NCBI RefSeq assembly: GCF_000142905.1
Contig: NW_013657679.1
Span: forward strand, 634,114 to 698,113
Reading direction: 5' to 3'
From: Thecamonas trahens ATCC 50062
Taxonomy: Eukaryota; Protista; Apusomonadida
DNA length: 64,000 bases
Below are positions 61,291 through 64,000 of this stretch, one piece after another. A model generated the notes under the pieces. It was not told where the DNA came from. It searched no databases and saw nothing but the letters and a program-made list of their open reading frames with translations. The position numbers were made by a program, and so were the translations under genes. Within the stretch, counting starts at the first letter, position 1. Every line of letters begins with the position of its first letter.

Positions 61291-61346
61291 GGTGGCCGCC
61301 ATGGTGGCCGCCATGGTAGCCGCCATGGTGGCCGCCATGGTGGCCG
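61291..61346. repeat. 12-bp quasi-palindromic tandem repeat (GGTGGCCGCCAT) x4.7
   Basis: Directly visible; one copy has a G-to-A change. Confidence 0.9.
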
Positions 61347-61714
61347 GCGGCCCATTGAGTACTGAAGCACATTGTCGCGGTTCCGGGAGTGACGGATGTC
61401 TCTCTGTAGCAGTGTAGATGACCCTAGAGCGTCACGAGCCCTGTCGGCCAGCTCGCCCCTATCCCGACCTGATCTACCACACTCATACACACACACACAT
61501 GTATATACACGCACACACGCGCGCACACATACACGCACTCGCACGCACGCACGCACGTACACGCACATAATCTTCCCAACCAAGAGTGATCCCTCCGGCA
61601 AGCCAGGCACAACCCGATCAACCAACACGCAGCTTCGTACCACTGCCACGAGCTGCCGGGCTGCCACAGCCGACCAAGGCACAACCAACCCACCCTACCT
61701 ACCCACTCACACGT

Positions 61715-61790
61715 CACCACCACCACCACCACCACCACCACCACCACCACCACCACCACCACCACCACCACCCCACACACACACACACAC
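61715..61790. repeat. (CCA)n and (CA)n microsatellites upstream of WDR59
   Basis: About 19 CCA units followed by a CA run. Confidence 0.95.
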
Positions 61791-61815
61791 CCTCCATCCC
61801 CTCCAAACACACACC

Positions 61816-64000
61816 ATGGCAGAGGACGACCCATGGCGGCAGTCCATGGGTATCCACTTTGAAGGACTGCATGTGACGACCATTGGCGTCGACGCGACGA
61901 ACACGGTGGGAGCCTTTGGTACACTCAATGGAGTGTTTCTTCTTGATCTGGAAGACCTTACCTCGCCTACCACCGCCATTTCTTTCCGCAATCAGTATGA
62001 TGTCCGCACGCTGCATTGGAACAGAATTCAGAGCTCGCTGCTGGCATGTACCTCGAACGATAAGGTCTATGTTTGGGATGTGGCTCAGCTGGAGGAAGCC
62101 GATGGGGATACCCGCGTGCATACAGAGCTCTCAAAGCATGTGCGATCGGTCAACGATATCGAGTGGCAAGCTCAGTCGGCTCATGTCCTCGCCTCGTGTG
62201 CCTCAGATGCGTACATCTACATCTGGGACATCCGCGAGCCGTCGACCGAGAAGCGTGCCTTCACCTCGTACCGGACCGACCGGGCGGGCGTGTCGCAGCT
62301 GGCGTGGAACAGACACGACGGGAACATTCTCGCGTCGGCCCATGCCGGCTTTGTGCGCATCTGGGACATGCGCAATGAGTCGCTTCCTGTCGGGTCATCC
62401 GCGCGCACGAGTCGCAGATCTTCGGCATTGACTGGTCGTACAACGTGAGCTCGGAGCTTGTCACCTGCGCGCTCGACAAGCTCGTCAAGTTCTGGGACGT
62501 CAACAAGCCGGAGAACTTTATCGACTACATTCAGAGCTCGTCGCCCATTCGCCGCGCAAAGTACACTCCGTTTGGTGGAGGCCTTGTCACCGCCTCCTCC
62601 TCCACCCACACCGACCTCAAGCTCTGGTCGCGCGCCTCGCTCCGCTCGCCCTCGCACACCTTTGCTGCCACCTCTGTCCGCGGTCAGCCCACTGATTTTG
62701 TGTGGCGCTTCTCGCCCTACGACTCGTCCACCTACCAGCTGCTCTCGTGGTCGTCCGACTCGCAGCTCCGGCTGTGGGCCATTTCCGACGACGTGTTTGC
62801 CTCTGTCGGTCACACCCCGAGCCGCCGCCCCCTCTCGCCGGCTGTGCGGCTCAATAAGCTGGCGGGTGTCGGTGCCGCAGGCGCGGCCGCTGCTGGCACG
62901 GGCGCGAGTGCGACCAATGCCGCTGGCACAGGGACCAGCTCCAGCCCGGGCCTCGCGGTGCCTGTCGGCGGCATGTCCCCGTCAGCTGCGCCGTCGCCGC
63001 GCGATGTCGAGCTCGTGTCGCCCGGCTCGGAGGCATCATCGCCGCCGGCACTCGGCTCGCCGCCATCGGTTGCGCTCCGGGTTCCATCCAAGATGGCTGG
63101 CGGGGGTATGCGCTCGCCGGCGGCGTCGCCGATTTTCCGCGTCGACTCCGAGTCGCAGCTGACCACGCTCGAGCAAGAAGTGGTCTACCTCAAGCAGCAC
63201 CCGGTCGACGGAGCCTCGCTCGACAGGGCCAACTACGGTGCCGGCCTCGTCTTCCTCACCTTTACCTCGCAAACAAGCTCGAGCGAGATCTCGCCGCCAA
63301 GCGCGCCGGCGACGCCCATCGAGCTCCGGGTCCGGCTCATGTTTCCGGTCTCGTATCCGGACAGGGCCCGACGCTCGAGTTTGTGCAGCGGTCGTTCTTC
63401 TCGGCGTCTTCATCGGCACGGTCGAGTGAGACGACGCCCGACGTCAAGATCAGGCTCAAGGAGCTGGTCGGCTCGCTCATCCAGATGCGCGAGCGCGAGT
63501 CGATGCCGTGTCTGCACGCCACCGTCACCGAGATTGCCACCCAGTTTGACTTGCTCTCCAAGGCCAAGGCCAACCATGCGCTGCACGACGGTGAGGGCGG
63601 GCTCGAGGCCGGCGGCCGGGGCCACACCGGCGGCAACGAGTCGATCTCAGTCGTCGCCGCCGAGTTTGTCTGTCCGCGGCTCGGCGGAGCGTACTTTGGT
63701 CCGCGCGGCACCATTGTGTTCTGGAACTGCTTCAACCCGTCGCTCTTCCGCCTCTCCAATCCGGCGAACCAGCTTGGCGACGACGACGTCGAGCCCGAGT
63801 CGCCGACCTCGCCGACCTCTGGTCGGGCCCGGGCCCAGCAGCCCGGTCGCGACGGCAGCCGGTCGGCCGAGACGTGCTGGCCGGCGATGTGGTCCGACCT
63901 CTCGCTCTCGCTCGAGCTCGAGCAGCAAGGCCGCGAGCTGCACGTCTCCGACACCGGCGGTGTGCTCGCCACCGACGTGCTCTCATCGATCCTCGAGTCG
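61816..64000 (+). CDS. WDR59: WDR59/Sea3 (GATOR2 subunit; WD40 + RWD), 5' part; single-base frameshifts near 62393 and near 63367
   Basis: HVRSVNDIEW..LASCASD..IWDIR, GVSQLAWNR..LASAH..IWDMR; -1 frame AHESQIFGIDW, PIRRAKYTPFGGGLVT, YQLLSWSSDSQLRLW; RWD TLEQE..FPVSYP/PTLEF; CPRLGGAYFGPRG. Confidence 0.9.

Noticed and set aside
23594-64000. Functional cluster of amino-acid-sensing RWD proteins (GCN2 and WDR59)
   Set aside because: They are more than 30 kb apart with many unrelated genes between them; nothing supports co-regulation.

Overview
GC-rich, gene-dense eukaryotic genomic DNA from a draft assembly with four N-gaps. The short GT-AG introns (GTACGT/GTATGT donors) and a DRC11/IQCA1 axonemal gene point to a flagellated protist; an apusomonad such as Thecamonas is my guess only. 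About 27 protein-coding genes can be supported. Recognisable conserved genes are DDX10/DBP4, anamorsin/DRE2, IQCA1, NOP10, malic enzyme, SETD3, GCN2, PRMT5, ELMOD, a DOCK-C/D GEF, AOX, CSTF2 and WDR59. Several had to be rebuilt across introns or single-base frameshifts that the ORF track misses. I found no rRNA, tRNA, CRISPR array or intact transposon. The most notable items are: (1) a single-ORF fusion of TANGO2/NRDE with a NUDT17-like Nudix hydrolase; (2) a 2529-aa protein with about 14 degenerate WW-like repeats, TFKP-type repeats and a C-terminal CAP-Gly; (3) a three-exon DDIAS/Noxin-like OB-fold zinc-ribbon gene hidden from the ORF track; (4) a WWx5-ZZx2-DUF4476 protein carrying its own LPxY motifs; (5) a truncated, frameshifted PARP-like relic and a second TAG-riddled coding relic, both suggestive of C-to-T decay; (6) a CHST15-like sulfotransferase with both PAPS-binding motifs altered; (7) six same-direction single-base frameshifts at G/C runs, most likely sequencing errors. 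All family assignments come from motif recognition by eye, not database searches.
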